A DNA stretch of 64,000 nucleotides from Felis catus. Lineage: Eukaryota. The notes beneath the pieces were generated by a model, which saw only the letters and a list, made by a program, of their open reading frames with translations, was not told the DNA's origin and ran no database searches. The DNA is taken from positions 231,200,001 to 231,264,000 of the forward strand of contig NC_058368.1 of assembly GCF_018350175.1 (NCBI RefSeq), written 5' to 3'. This document shows positions 23,898 through 36,600 of this stretch, one piece after another (position 1 is the stretch's first letter; each line of letters starts with the position of its first letter). A program made the position numbers and the translations under genes.

Positions 23898-24097
23898 TTT
23901 TTTTTTAAGTTATTTATTTTGAGAGAGAGCAAACGCAGGTGGGGAAGGGGCAGAGAGAAAGAGAGAGAGAATTCCAGGCAGACTCTGTGCTGTCAGTTCA
24001 GAGCCCTAGGCAGGCTTGTACCCATGAACCGCGAGATCAGGACCTGAACCGAAATCAAGAGTCAGACGCTTAACTCACTGAGCCACCCAGGCGCCCC
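23898..24097 (-). mobile_element. CanSINE, tail-to-tail with the previous one
   Basis: Full reverse SINE. Confidence 0.9.
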
Positions 24098-24571
24098 AAG
24101 GCTCTCTGAGTTGCAAGTTTGGAAACCCAGTGATGCCACCCTTTTCATAAACGAGGCACTTGTAAGGACCTGGTTTACTAGAACTGAAGGTCAAGAAAGG
24201 ATTTGGGCCTCAGAAAGGGATGAGAAGCAGGACATAGAATGAGGGCAGGACCCTGTTTATCTTTGCGTCTGCTTCATTGTTTTTTCTCCCGGCCACCCAG
24301 CTTCCATGTAGAATATGGTCACCCCGCAGCTCCTGTAGGTATATGTTACTATTCCAGCCACACAGAGAGACTAGTTAGTCTCATTCACCCCCAAACCAAC
24401 TTGAGTAGCCCAGGTTCCCAGCTGAGTTTGATCCACCAATCTTGGGGGCAAGATTCACCATCTAAACATGGCTGCCGGGTACCTATGTCTGTAGGTCAGG
24501 AGGCTGATTCTCCGAGAAAAGCAGGTGTTGAACGTGTCTACCGTAGCATCTGTCTTGTTGCTCTGTGTTGT

Positions 24572-24935
24572 GTATCAGTTGGCTACTGCCCCATCCCACA
24601 ATGTTGTCTAAAAAACCCCAAATAATTACTTATATTCACAGCCCTGCAGGGCAGCTGATCTAGGCTGGGCTTGGCTGGACAGTCCTGGAGCTCAGGCTCA
24701 GGGGATGACAGCCACCAGGGAATAGCTCTTCTTGTGGTGACGGCATAGGTACAGGAGGGCAAGCCCCAAATGGCAAGCACGCTCCAAGCCCAGGCTTGCC
24801 TCACATGCGCCAACACCCTATTGGCCAAAGCGTCACGTAGCTGAGCCCTGGATTGGTGGGGCGGGGAAGTACACTCCTCTAATGGCGTTTAGGTGGGTGG
24901 GAGAGGATTTGGGGGTAATAATCGAATCTATCACA
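24572..24935 (-). mobile_element. Old MaLR LTR (MLT1J/K-like)
   Basis: tgtatcagttggctactg...gctgatctaggctgggcttggct...ctattggccaaagc...aataatcgaatctatcaca. Confidence 0.6.
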
Positions 24936-25655
24936 CGGTACAGGGTTTTTAGTAATGGAACAAAATGACCAAACGTGATGCGGCTCATAGTGGGACACCT
25001 GCCATTATGTACCTCCTGACGTAGTAGAACGTGAAGTTCTTAAAACAACCTATCAAGGCTCCTGCCAAACATGTTTGAATTGAACCTCGTTAAGCCTCTA
25101 AACGGAACTTCCAGTACGTGGGAAATACACGGAGTGGTAGAGGGTTGGGTTGAACGGATCCTGTATTCGTTATCAATTGCTGAGGAACAGATAACCCCCC
25201 AAACTGAGCTACGTGAGCGCTGAACAGCATCTCACACGACGGTACGAGAGAAAGGAAGGAGAGAGCCGGGTGTGACCTAGTCTCAGGAGGCAGAAGCTGT
25301 CACTTCTGCCGCATTCCGTTTGTTAGGAATGACTCAGGATGTGGCTGACCCTCAAGAGGAAGTTCTGTCTTTTGAGTCTGGAGAGTCAAAGAATGTGCGG
25401 ACATATTTAAAAATCACCACTGGAGTGATTCAAAGGAACCAAAAGCAATGTTTCACATTCTTGACTGGATCCTGGATTTCTTTAAAAAAAAAAAAAAAAA
25501 GCCATCCAAGTAATTCTAGGGGACAGTTGGGGAACTCGGGTATGAAAAAAGTATCAGATGCATGAGACAGTGATAATTTCCGCAGGTGTGATAAAGGCGT
25601 TGTGGTGATGTGGAGGAAGCTCCTTATCCTTAGAGGATACAAGTGGAAGTCTTTA

Positions 25656-25865
25656 GGGGCGCCTGGGTGGCTCAGTCGGTTAAGCGGCCGACTTCAGCTC
25701 AGGTCATGATCTTACGGTCCGTGGGTTCGAGCCCCGCATCGGGCTCTGTGCTGACGGCTCAGAGCCTGGAGCCTGCTAACGATTCTGTGTCTCCCTCTCT
25801 CCAACCCTCCCCCGTTCATGCTCTGTCTCTGTCTCAAAAATAAATAAACGTTAAAAAAAAAAAAA
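25656..25865 (+). mobile_element. CanSINE
   Basis: TSD ggaag(t/a)cttta. Confidence 0.92.
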
Positions 25866-26888
25866 GGAAGACTTTAGCAGTGAAATGGCATGATGTCTGC
25901 TGTCCGCCATTTATTTTCAAACAGGTCAAAGAAAAAAGAGATAAAGCAAAAGAGGCAAAATATTAACACTTGAATCTCAGCAGAGAGTACGTATGTGTTC
26001 ATCGTACTTGTTCTTGACTTTTTATACTTCCAAAATTTTCACAATTGAAAGTAGATAAATGCAATAGGATGGCTTGGGTGAAATTCAGAGTGAAGTTCTC
26101 CAGCTCAAGGCTGAGGAATCAGGCTGTCATCCTTGGCTTGCTTTGCCCACAAGGAAACTGAGAACTTTTGCTTTTAAGTAAATGTTCTTCTTTCACCCAC
26201 TATTTCTCGCAAATGGGGGCCTCATCGGCTTGAAAGAGACCCAGGAAGGAATCGCTGGTATCTGGGTGACGCTCCCTCTGCTAAACCAGGCAAAGAAGCC
26301 ACAATGAAGATATTAAAGACACATAGGACCCACAGGACAAACCGCAAACAGGTGTCGAGGAGCAAAGTCAATGTGCTTTACAGAGAACAGAAGTTGCAGG
26401 ACCTTCGGTGACCAGCTGAGATAAGGAATAGGGGTGGGGAAGACGACCCCCTCAAACTTGCAGCCTGTGTTTCAAAGGCAACCACCAGGAAGTCTCTGTT
26501 AGGCACCGAGGACTCCTTGGAGGAAGAGGAGGGAGGTCAAACAAAGACCTCAGGACAATGCCTCCGAAACAAGCCCACAGTCTCCACTTGAGAGTGCTTA
26601 AAGAGAATCCTACGCGCTCGAAATTGAGGTCAACGATAAAGTGAATAAATTCATAAAACCTGAGTTCAACCTCCTATAATAGTTTAAGAACTCACCGACA
26701 CAAACACCATCTCATCCATTCAGTGCCGTGCGTTTTTCTTACAACCAGGCATTGATTTTCAAATCACATTTGATTGAAGTACTGATAGGAAGCACATAAA
26801 ATCAGAATGGAGGAACTTTCTGCAGGGTAACAGCCTAACAGGGAGATGACTCTAGATTAAAAGAGCTTTAAGAGAAAAGAAAATCTCT

Positions 26889-27143
26889 GGGGTGCCCAGG
26901 TGGGTCAGTCGTTTAAGCATCCGACTCTTGACCTCAACTCAGGTCATGATCTCACGGTTCGAGGGTTCGTGGGTTCAAGCCTGCATTGGGCTTTGAGCTG
27001 ACTGTGTAGACCCTGCTTGGGATTCTCTCTCTCCCTCTCTCTCTCTCTCTCTGTCCCCCCACCGCCCCCGCTTGTGCACATGTGCTCTCTCTCTTTCTCC
27101 TTCTCTCAAAATAAATAAATAAACTTAAAAATGTTTTAAAAAA
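26889..27143 (+). mobile_element. CanSINE
   Basis: Head/CT/A-tail; aatctc on both sides. Confidence 0.88.
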
Positions 27144-27616
27144 CAATCTCAAAACTTGGAAATGGAAAACGGAGGGCTTAATGTCCTTGCCTTCCAATGT
27201 CAGTGTCATGCTGGGGCTCTAACCCTCGGGGCGCAGGCTGGGACAGGGGACACCTTCATTTCATTGAGATATTTGGCAATTCTGTGAGGGGAAGGGGATG
27301 ATGTGCAAAACCCAGTGACTTCAACGATTCTTATGTGACAGCAGCTGAGGTTAATTTCGTCTGCTAGGGATGCAAATGATTCCTGTCTGGTTGCAAAGAT
27401 AATCGAGACTGTCTGGATGATCAGTTTTATTGCCTGGGAGGTTGTTGACCAGGTTTCTGCCCACCTATCTTAGCAATCCTTCTCCAGTGCTTTGGTCTCT
27501 CAAAGGGTCTCTCATACCCTTTCTTTTAACTGGTGCCATCATCCTAGTTAATGAATGTTAATAGGAGACTTGTGGTTTTGCCTTTTTGAAAATTCTATTT
27601 TGAAAAGAGACGCATA

Positions 27617-27830
27617 GGGGCGCCTGGGTGGCGCAGTCGGTTAAGCTTCCAACTTCAGCCAGGTCACGATCTCGCGGTCCATGGGTTCGAGCCCCGCGTC
27701 AGGCTCTGGGCTGATGGCTTGGAGCCTGGAGCCTGTTTCCGATTCTGTGTCTCCCTCTCTCTCTGCCCCTCCCCCGTTCATGCTCTGTCTCTCTCTGTCC
27801 CAAAAATTAAAAAAAAAAAAAAAACAACAT
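27617..27830 (+). mobile_element. Young felid SINE
   Basis: Perfect TSD TTGAAAAGAGACGCATA. Confidence 0.93.
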
Positions 27831-28054
27831 TGAAAAGAGACGCATAAAATATGTGGACCTTATTTGGATCCCGTTTCCCAGTAAGCCAGTTGTAAAGGTA
27901 TTTTTAGGGAGACGGAGGGCATTTACCAGTGGGTCCAGGTATGAGATGACTTATATTAAGAAATAATTTTAACTTTCTCAGATGTGAAGATGGTGTTGTG
28001 GTATGAAGGCCAATGATAATCTACTGTGTGTGAGAAATTACCCAAACCATAGTA

Positions 28055-28182
28055 TTTTATTTTATTTTATTTATTTTTTTTTATTTTATTAACTAAGCTC
28101 TACGCCCAACATGGAGCCTGAATCAACAACTCTGAGATCAAGAGTGACAATGCCCCACTGACTGAGCCAACCAGGCGTCCCC
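28055..28182 (-). mobile_element. Short CanSINE with (TTTTA)n tail
   Basis: TSD atagtatttta. Confidence 0.8.
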
Positions 28183-28221
28183 AAATGATAGTATTTTAAA
28201 TGTAGGCTTCTTGTTATTTAG

Positions 28222-28720
28222 GTGTGGCAAAGTCAACAGATCAGGGGGTGACCGCCATTGGGAAGGCAGTTTGTTATACATCCCCAAAGAAGGGGTTATA
28301 TCACGCCTCAGGTGGGCCACATGGGGAAGTATCAGGGTCATCCAGGAGGCAGAGGGAGTGGGAGAGAATATGGGCCAGGGCCTTTACTGGGGTTTCCACA
28401 GGAAGGAATGGGCAAGACACAGAAAGCAAGTTGAAGATTGGCCGGTCTGAATAGTTTCGATGTGCTCTGGGGCCTGGGGATACCTCTAGTTGTGTGACAC
28501 TGGCCCTGGGGTGATGAGTGCAGGTGGACAGTGACCCAGAGTGTCGGGGCCCCGGGAGAGTCCAACAGGGAAGTGACTGGAGCACAGGCTCTGGATCGGT
28601 TGGTTTGCACAGGAAAGGTCTGCACTGTCTCTGGGAATTGGCTTAGGCCTGGAAAGGACACTCTCTCCAGGGTGAGCAAGTCTCCGCATGTCAAAGTATC
28701 AGGGACGGATGATTAATACA
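28222..28720 (-). mobile_element. Old ERV LTR-like element (family not assigned)
   Basis: About 500-bp TG...CA-bounded segment interrupting a MaLR-like sequence. Confidence 0.45.
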
Positions 28721-29391
28721 CACAGCGATTTAAAGTTATTTTTCGTATTTCATACAGTTTCTAAGGGTCAGGATCTGGGAGTGGCATAGCCAGGTGGTTC
28801 CAGCTCCAAGGTCTCTTAGGAGGTTACCGTCAGGATGCTGGCCAGAACCACGGTCATCTGAAACCCGCCTGGGGCTGGACGGTCTGTGTCCAAGGTGGCC
28901 TAGGCATATGGCGTTGGAAGGAAGCGTTGGCTCACGGCTGGTTTTGGCCAGCAGTCTCGGTTCTTCACCATGTGCGCCTCTCGATGGGACTGTCGGCTTC
29001 TGTCACAGACAGAGAAACACAGAGAGAGCGAACGAGAGAGGGGTAAGCCACACTTACAAAAATACATTAACATCATCAGAACTGTCACTCCTGTCGTGTG
29101 CTACAGGTCACGCAGACTAACTGTGGTGCGCTTGTGGGGGAACATGAGTCCTGGGAGGCGTGGGTCAGTGCCAGCCGACTCACAGACGGCGGCAGTCAGC
29201 GAAGATTCACACCCTCCCCGTGTGCAAATAAGTCAGTCCCTTCCAGAGTCCCCGAAGTGTCATGTTCTTATAGCATCTAGCTCCACGTCCAGAATCTCAT
29301 CATCTAACTCAGGTCTGGGTGTGATTATCTCCCCTTAGATACGCTTCCTCCAATACAGGTCTTCTCGATAAATTGTCTGTCCCATCCCCTG

Positions 29392-30028
29392 TGTATTAGT
29401 CAGAATGGGCTGCTATAACAAAATACCACAGACTCGGGGTGGTGGGGGGGGGGTGGGTTGTAAACAAGAGGCACTTCTTTCTTGCAGTTCTGGAGCCCGG
29501 GGCGCCCAAGATCGGGGTTCCATCTTGCTCAAGTGTTGGTGAGGACTCGCTTCCTGGCTTGGAGCTGGCTGCCTTCGTGATATATTTTTACACAGCAGAC
29601 AGAGATAAAGAGCTAGCTCTCTGGTCTCTTCTTCGTCTTCTTTTTTGTTTGTTTTTTTTTACTTTTAATGTTGGTTTATTTTTGAAAGAGAGTGAGCACA
29701 AGCGGGGAAGGGGCAGAGAGAAAGGGAGACACAGAATCTGAGGCAGGCTCCGGGCTCTGAGCTGTCAGCACAGAGCCTGACATGGGGCTCAAACTCACAA
29801 ACTGTGAGACCATGACCTGAGCTGAAGTCGGACGCTCAACCGACTGAGCCACCCAGGTGCTCCTCTGGTCTCTTCTCACAAGGGCGCTGATCCTACCAGG
29901 AGGACCCCACTCTCCTCGTCCCATGGAAACCTAATTACCTCTAAAGGTTCCCTCTCCACACACCATCACATTGACGGGGTAGGGCTCCAACGCATGAGTC
30001 TTGAGGAGACACATTCAGTCCATAACAC
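29392..30028 (-). mobile_element. MaLR LTR (MLT1A-like) interrupted by a SINE
   Basis: tgtattagtcagaatgggctgctataacaaaataccacagac...gacacattcagtccataaca. Confidence 0.8.
29640..29862 (-). mobile_element. CanSINE nested in MLT1
   Basis: TSD tctggtctcttct. Confidence 0.9.
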
Positions 30029-30587
30029 CCTTCCCACTGAATATATAATGGGACAGACATAGAGTAACCATTTCAGATGCTCTTGCTCGGAAAGGGGGAA
30101 AATGAGAGCCAGGAAGAAGTCGCTGGTCCATGTAGATTCTAGAAGCTAGTCAGGCAAACATTGTAAATTCCTTAATTACGTCTCAAGGCTTAGGAGCTAT
30201 ACTCCCAGGCCCTGGACTCTGCCCTCTGGGCTCCTGGTTCTTCCCTGCGAGTTGTCCTTCCTTCCTGGAAGGTATCATGTGTTTGCTGCTGAATGATATT
30301 CTCAGCCTGCCTCCAGCCAGTAGACTTTTGAGGGTCCGAAGGCCTCTTTGTACTTTGTACTGTCTCTGCCCTTTCAGTCTGTGGTGGTGATATTCCTATA
30401 CATGTAGTTCTCTTAAAGACTACGAGTTTTCTGTGAATCTCACTACTATCCACTCCATTAGTCAAAGACAGCACCCACAGGCCTCTCTGAGATGAGCCCT
30501 TCTCCACCTTGGGCTTCTGCAACCAGCTGAGGGTCAGTATGGCCACATGTCCTAGGAGCACCGTCCTCCGACTGAGAGGCTCTGTGC

Positions 30588-31158
30588 GTGTCCTAGTCTA
30601 TACGGGCTGCTGTAACAAAACACCACAGACTGTGTGGTTTATAACCAACAGATAATTTGTTTCTCCCAGTCTCCGAGGCTGGAAACGTGAGATCAGGGTG
30701 CTGCACGGTGGGCTGAGGGTCCTCTTTGAGGATGCAGACTTCTCTGTGTGTCCTCACATGGTGGCAGGGGCCAGGCAGCTCTGAGGGTCTCTTCTGTAAG
30801 ACTCTAATCTCATTCAGAGGGATCTACCCTTGTGACTTAACCACCCCCTCAGGCCCATCTCTTAATACCACTGCATTGGGGATTAGGATTTCATTTTTTT
30901 TTTAAGTTTATTTATTTATTATGGGGGGGGGAGGGAGAGAATGAGTAGTGGAGGGGTAGAGAGAGGGAGAGAGAGGATCCCAAGCAGGCTCTGAGTTGTC
31001 AGTGCAGAGCCTGATGCGGGTCTCGACCTCACAAACCGTGAGATCGTGACCTGAGCTGAAATCGAGAGTCGGATGCTTAATTGACTGAGCCACCCAGGCA
31101 CTCCAGGGATTAGGATTTCAAAACATGAATTAGGAAGGGACACAAGCATTCAGACACC
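30588..31158 (-). mobile_element. MaLR LTR (MLT1A-like) interrupted by a SINE
   Basis: tgtcctagtctatacgggctgctgtaacaaaacacc...gacacaagcattcagac. Confidence 0.8.
30893..31104 (-). mobile_element. CanSINE nested in MLT1
   Basis: TSD gggattaggatttca. Confidence 0.9.
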
Positions 31159-31235
31159 TTTAATCTCTTTAGAGCGCCTGTTGTCTGAGAACAGAGCTCT
31201 GGAGTGCTACCGTATATTGTTCTGAACGCTCTCTC

Positions 31236-31453
31236 TTTTTAAACAATGTTTATTTATTTATTTTGAGAGAGAGAGAGAGAGAGCACAAGCAGGGGAGGGG
31301 CAGAGAGAGAAAGGGAGAAAGAGAATCCCAAGCAGGCTCCTTGCTGTCAGCACAGAGCCTGACTTGGGGCTCGAACCCATGAACTGAACCTTGAGACCAT
31401 GACCTGAGGTGGAATTGGGAGTTGGAGGCTAAACCGAGCCACTCAGGCACCCC
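31236..31453 (-). mobile_element. CanSINE
   Basis: Full reverse SINE. Confidence 0.88.
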
Positions 31454-31719
31454 TATCGGTGCCGTTTTCATTAAGAGGTTAATTAAAATCCTATTAGGTG
31501 TTTTTCATGGAAATGGACACCAAGATTCCAAAATTAGGATGGCAAAGTGAAGGATCAGAAAGAGCCAAGATGATTTTGAAGATGGAGGGAAGAGCTTCAC
31601 TCTCTGTTATAAAACTGTGATAACGAAATCAACATGATATTAGCATACCGAGCATTTGAGAATAACAATAAAAGCCCCCAAAACACATGTGGGGCGATAT
31701 TTGAAAAAAAAAAAAAAGG

Positions 31720-32229
31720 TATGTATTAACTATCTATTGCTATGTAACAATTTAGCCCCAAGTTTAGCAGCTGAAAACAATAGAGCTTATTTCGGTGCAG
31801 TATCTGAGGGTCAGGAATCTGGGAGTAGCTTAGCCAGCTGGTTCTGGTACAGGGTTCTCTCAGGAGGTTACCGTCAGGATGTTGGCTCGGGTTGTGGTCA
31901 TCTGCAACTTGACTGGAGCTGGGGGACTCGCGTCCGCCATGGCCCAGGCAGGTGGCTGTAGATCAAGGGCTCTCTTTGCCACGTGGGTCTCTCCACGTGC
32001 TCCTCAATAACGTGGCAGCCTGCTTCCCCCAGAGAAAGCGATCCCAGAGAGAGCTAGAATGCAAGATGGAAGTCGGCTGTCTTTGGTCGCCGAATACCAG
32101 AAGAGACACCCCATCCCTATTGCTGTCTCCTCTGACCCTGGCATCACGTGGGAGGAGATTGCACCAAGGCATGAATTCCCAGAGGCACGGGAGCATTGTG
32201 GGTCATCTTGGAGGCCGACTACCACAACA
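31720..32229 (-). mobile_element. MaLR LTR (MLT1F/G-like)
   Basis: tgtattaactatctattgctatgtaacaa...gggtcaggaatctgggagtagcttagc...catcttggaggccgactaccaca. Confidence 0.75.
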
Positions 32230-32275
32230 TTTCTGAGGGGCCAAACGTCATGTTGTTTATCGTTTACAAACTTCA

Positions 32276-32309
<34 letters not shown>

Positions 32310-33057
32310 GATGAAGCAAACTGAGCAAAATTTAGGCTTTCTCTCTGGGGGTGACAAGATGGCTAACTGGCCCAAGAATCCTCTAGAAGCCAGTTCCTCT
32401 CTTTTCTACCCAGACTCCTGACTTGCCCCGCACCAGCACACGGCGCTCTCCCAGCTGGCTACCAATAAATACAGCTGCATTCATACAGCTGTAACAATAA
32501 ATACAGGGGGTGGGGGACTGAGTCAGCAGCGTGGCCCCATAAATGCTACCAGATGAACCCGAATGTGTTCTCCCTCAGGTCTTATTCTGAGATGTTCTGA
32601 AACACACCAGCACTTTTTCTCATTTTGTTCCGAAACGTCTCTGGAGGAACGGTGCCACGGGATACTTGTTGTGGCCTTGCCTTCCAGGTCAGTGTTAACC
32701 ATGGGGTTTTAGCAGAGTCAGCGGTCTTGTTGAACTTTGCCTTAGCCCCGACTGTGAATTCAGCTTGGGCTCATTCGGTCCCTGGAGTGTAGTTCCTTAT
32801 TTTATCATGAAAAATAAAACAGCTTTGGAAGATGACCAGCTGTGCCTGCTGGGCCACAGTTCTTTAATTTATTAAGGGACTCCATGAAATCCTAGTGTTC
32901 ACTTACACAAAGTACTTCTATAAGAATGTAATTAAAAATTTTTTTTTCTAAAGCCTGGCTTAAATGTTAACTCGTGTGATGAATTTTCCAGAGGAATTGG
33001 GAACTAAAATTGGGGAAGCTGAAAAACTGCCATTTTGGGTGTTGTAAGAAATTTGTA

Positions 33058-33262
33058 GGGCGCCTGGGTGCCTCAGTCGGTTGAGTGTCTGACTCTTGGT
33101 TTTGGCTCAGGTCACGATCCCAGGGTCGTGGGATCGAGCCCTGTGTCAGGCTCCCTGATGAGCATGGGAGCCTGCTTAGGATTCTCTCTCTACTTCTGCC
33201 CCTCTCCCCTGCTCACGATTTCTCTCTCTTTCTCAAAAACGAAAGACCAAAACAAAACAAAA
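33058..33262 (+). mobile_element. CanSINE
   Basis: Head/CT/(CAAAA)n tail. Confidence 0.88.
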
Positions 33263-33744
33263 ACTTGTGCATTTTAGGATAGAAATAAAAATTTATATTT
33301 AGGGCTGTCCCTCAATTTGGTTTTGGAGATAATACTTTGGCGGACTGCTTTTAATTATTCAGATGTTAAAAAAAATACCTCCCCGTTATTTTGGAGAAGT
33401 CCCAACGCGGTAAAATAATTAGATCCTACATATTTCAGACCGGGATATGAAGGGATCTGTGTGATGCTAAGTCAGTGTATCTCTAGCAGGATAACAGTGG
33501 GGAGGACAGGAAGAGTAACCACCATGGTGTGCTGGTCTGGCGATGTGTTCTTTTGGCTAGACTAAGCACTTTGCCCAGAAATCCCTTCTTGTAGTTTCCA
33601 GTTTGAGCTACAGGGGTATTCCAGCTTGAGTTGCACCTGCCTTTCGCCAGCTGGGCTTTTCTTGCTGAATCTTTCAACCTAAAACCGTGGAAGGCTGATA
33701 CTGACATGATACTGACATGACTTGTACAGATTATCTAGTTCAAT

Positions 33745-33895
33745 TGGGTTCTAAATTTCGTCCATTCTAAGAGTCACCTGGGAAGCTTTTTTCAAATACA
33801 AATTCCCCGGTGCCACTTATGAAGATTCTGGTTCAGCAGGTCTGGGCCCGGGACATCTGAATTTCCTTTACAAGTTTCTTAAGTGGTTTTGATGA
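33745..33895. mobile_element. MER5-like hAT DNA transposon fragment
   Basis: gtcacctgggaagctttt...gattctggttcagcaggtctggg...caagtttcttaagtggttttgatg. Confidence 0.6.
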
Positions 33896-35004
33896 TAGGT
33901 CGACAAGTGGTTTTGCTGCCCACTTGATTCTCATTTTATAGTTAGGGCGACCAAATCCAAAGAGAAGGGACATGTCTTTGGGTTAAGGAAAATGACAGGA
34001 GGGGCAAGCAGAGCCTGTGTCTTGATAGACCTCTGGCTGCTACATTTGCGTAAACAAGGCTTTCTTCAGCTAGACGGTGATGCTTGACCAGTGACTGTGT
34101 TTGTGGTACAAAATGCCGAAGGAATAGTTCTTGAGGAATGCAGAGGAGAGAATATTAAAAGAGTTGCAGCACTGAAGCAAACTTCCTGGCGAAGAGTTCT
34201 AAGAACCAGGGATGATTTGCATAAATGGTAAGACAGAGGGCAGCCTTCTCCCCAAGGTGGGAAAGCCATAAGAAGGCAGGGGTCCACCCCGGCTCAAGCA
34301 GAAGGTGTAACTTAAGACAATGAGTAGAGTGTAGGAAGGATCTGCTAGGTACGTTTAGGAAAATCGGCAAGAGGGTAGGAATAAATTGCTTTTAAATGCT
34401 GTGGCAGAGGCACGTTTCATAATATAGGGGTGGCTCATAAAATTTGAATGTACAGCACATTTTGCGAATTGAGACTGATTGGGAGGAAACTTTTTTTTTT
34501 TTTTTTAGCTTTAAAGTACATGAGTAAATTTCACCCTGAGCCAGCAAATTCTAGCAAGGCACAGAGTCTTGCAATGATGAACTGTCTCATTTTAACAGCA
34601 GTGTTATTAAATAAGAAGTTGGTAACGATGCTTGGGGAAACTAAATTAGCAAATAGAGAAAAATGACATGTAATTAGTCGTATCTAGTCTTTCCATGTAA
34701 ATAGTACTTCCAAGATGCTGGAAGATGCTTAAAAACAGTCTTATAGAAACAATTTTGTGTTTTGATGGAAAACTATGGTTGTCTAGAAGATGCCTTCCAG
34801 GCTGATTCTCATCTTTCAATGCCTTGGAGACATTTGACACTCGTGTAGTTACAGGTGAATAGTAGATGCGCAGGCTGTGTCCTGTGTCATTGCCCTCTTC
34901 CCCATCCTGTGGAAAAAAGCCAATTTGCTTTCCTTTGCACTTGCCTTTCAACATTTTTTTTTAATTCCATATAAATGTGTGTGCTTTGACTCTTTTAAAA
35001 AAAA

Positions 35005-35075
35005 GGTTTTTATTTTTTTATTATTATTTTTTATGAATATAATTTATTGTCAAGTTGGCTTACATACAACACCCG
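35005..35075 (-). mobile_element. Extremely 5'-truncated felid L1 stub
   Basis: T-rich tail + aatttattgtcaagttggcttacatacaacaccc; TSD ttgactctttt. Confidence 0.65.
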
Positions 35076-35569
35076 TTGACTCTTTTTTTGAACTGGTTTT
35101 AATATCTGCCTGTCTTCCTCATTAATTAACGAGTAGCACAAAATCTGTAACACGTCATTTTTACATCTGTGTGACATCATGACTTCACCCGTCTGAAAAT
35201 GACCCTTGAACAGTCCTATTGTCCGTTCACAAACCTTACTCCTGTTGTCTGTTTATCTTACCGATTTGCCATCTTTCTGGCGGGAAAATCTAAGTCATCT
35301 TTTATCTGGATTCGCACATTTTCCAATTAGGAGCATCTAAATTAATAAGGTTCTATGTTCCGGGTCTTAAGATTTGTGGTCAAATTCTTGTGGCCTCAGG
35401 AAGCTGGTATTTTCTCCACTGTCACTTATTTTCCAAATGCACATTTCTTCCTGTTTCTTTAACCTTCTTTGGAGCCAGCTGAATTGGTTATGATAACTTT
35501 AGATGACCAGATATAACACAGTGGGGGCAACTAGAAGTATGCAACAACTTATTTTTATTTTAATTAAGA

Positions 35570-35791
35570 CAATTTTTTAATGTTTATTTAATTTTGAGAG
35601 AGAGAGACAGAGACAGAGCAGGAGCTGGGGAGGGGCAGAGAGAGAGAGAGAGAGGGAGACACAGAATCCTTAGCAGGCTCTGGGCTCCGAGCTGTCAGCA
35701 CAGAGCCCGATGTGGGGCTGGAATCCACGAACTGCAAGATCATGACCTGAGCTGAAGTCGGACGCTTAACCGACTGAGCCACCCAGGCACC
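35570..35791 (-). mobile_element. CanSINE
   Basis: Full reverse SINE. Confidence 0.9.
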
Positions 35792-35795
35792 GCTA

Positions 35796-35998
35796 TTTTA
35801 TTTTTTTTAATGTTTCTTTATTTGGGGGGGGGGCCTAGGGAGGGCAGCGAGAGAGAGGGGAGGACAGAGGGTCTGAAGCAGGCTGTATGCTGAGAGCACA
35901 GAGCCCAATGCAGGTCTCGAACTCACGAACTGTAGACCATGACCTGAGCCTACGTCCCATAAAGTGGGCCACACACCAACTGAGCCGCCCAGGCGCCC
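35796..35998 (-). mobile_element. CanSINE adjoining the CMBL promoter
   Basis: Reverse SINE; aac(a/g)acttattttt flanks the SINE pair. Confidence 0.88.
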
Positions 35999-36049
35999 GG
36001 TAACGACTTATTTTTAAAAACAGCCTAATTTAGATTTACAACAGGGAAG

Positions 36050-36600
36050 TCCCAGGCCCTAGGAGCCAGGCACTCTCGTAAATTTCACAGGCCGGCTGTC
36101 TGGCTGCTTTTGGCTTTCCTCCCCCGCCCCCGCCTCCTCCTTCCCCTCTTCCCTCCCGCCCCCGCCCCTCCCCCCCTGCCCTCCCCGCCCCCCTCCCCCA
36201 CCCCCGTGCGCTCCGAGCCTCCCCTCCCCCGCCCGGCCTTCCCGGGAGGCCTGGAATCCCGGGCAGCCACTGGCCCGTGGGGATCCGCCGCCCTCCGTCA
36301 CCGCGCGTCCACTTCCGTCCCGGCGGGAGGCGCCTCCCCTCCGCCTGCCCCGACCGTCCCCGGGCCCGGCGGGCAGCCTCGGCGCGGGGAGAACCCAGGC
36401 TTCCGGCGGCGGACAGGTAGGTGCGCTCCGCGGGAGCGCGGGAACGCGCGCGGCCCGGCGCCGCGCTAACTCGGCGCGAGTGTTTGCAGCAGCAGCTCGA
36501 GCAAGCCTGCCCTGCGCACAGGTCCTGAGCCGACCAAAAAGTCCTTTTCCCAAACCTTTTCCCAAAGCAGCAGTACATTATCACCGCAGAAAAGCAGCCT
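36050..36600 (+). promoter_or_regulatory. CMBL: CpG-island promoter of CMBL
   Basis: Very GC/CpG-rich tract with clustered GC boxes (CCCCGCCCC, 36121-36190) and an ETS-like CACTTCCG (36310-36317), about 12 kb upstream of the ATG exon. Confidence 0.85.
36310..36416 (+). other. CMBL: Probable non-coding exon 1 (5' UTR) of CMBL; start approximate
   Basis: Strong donor GACAG|GTAGGT at 36416/36417 inside the CpG island; the ATG exon has its own acceptor 19-22 nt upstream, so an upstream exon is needed. Confidence 0.65.

Noticed and set aside
26280..26700. Possible processed pseudogene in A-rich unique sequence
   Set aside because: Only a short open frame (MKILKTHRTHR...) with no protein I recognise, and no poly(A)/TSD signature.
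34600..35132. HNF1-like sites upstream of CMBL
   Set aside because: Two to three mismatches to GTTAATNATTAAC in AT-rich DNA; not distinguishable from chance.
36036..36584. 182-aa and 168-aa minus-strand Gly/Arg/Ala-rich ORFs
   Set aside because: Expected stop-poor frames of a CpG island; low complexity and no recognisable domain.
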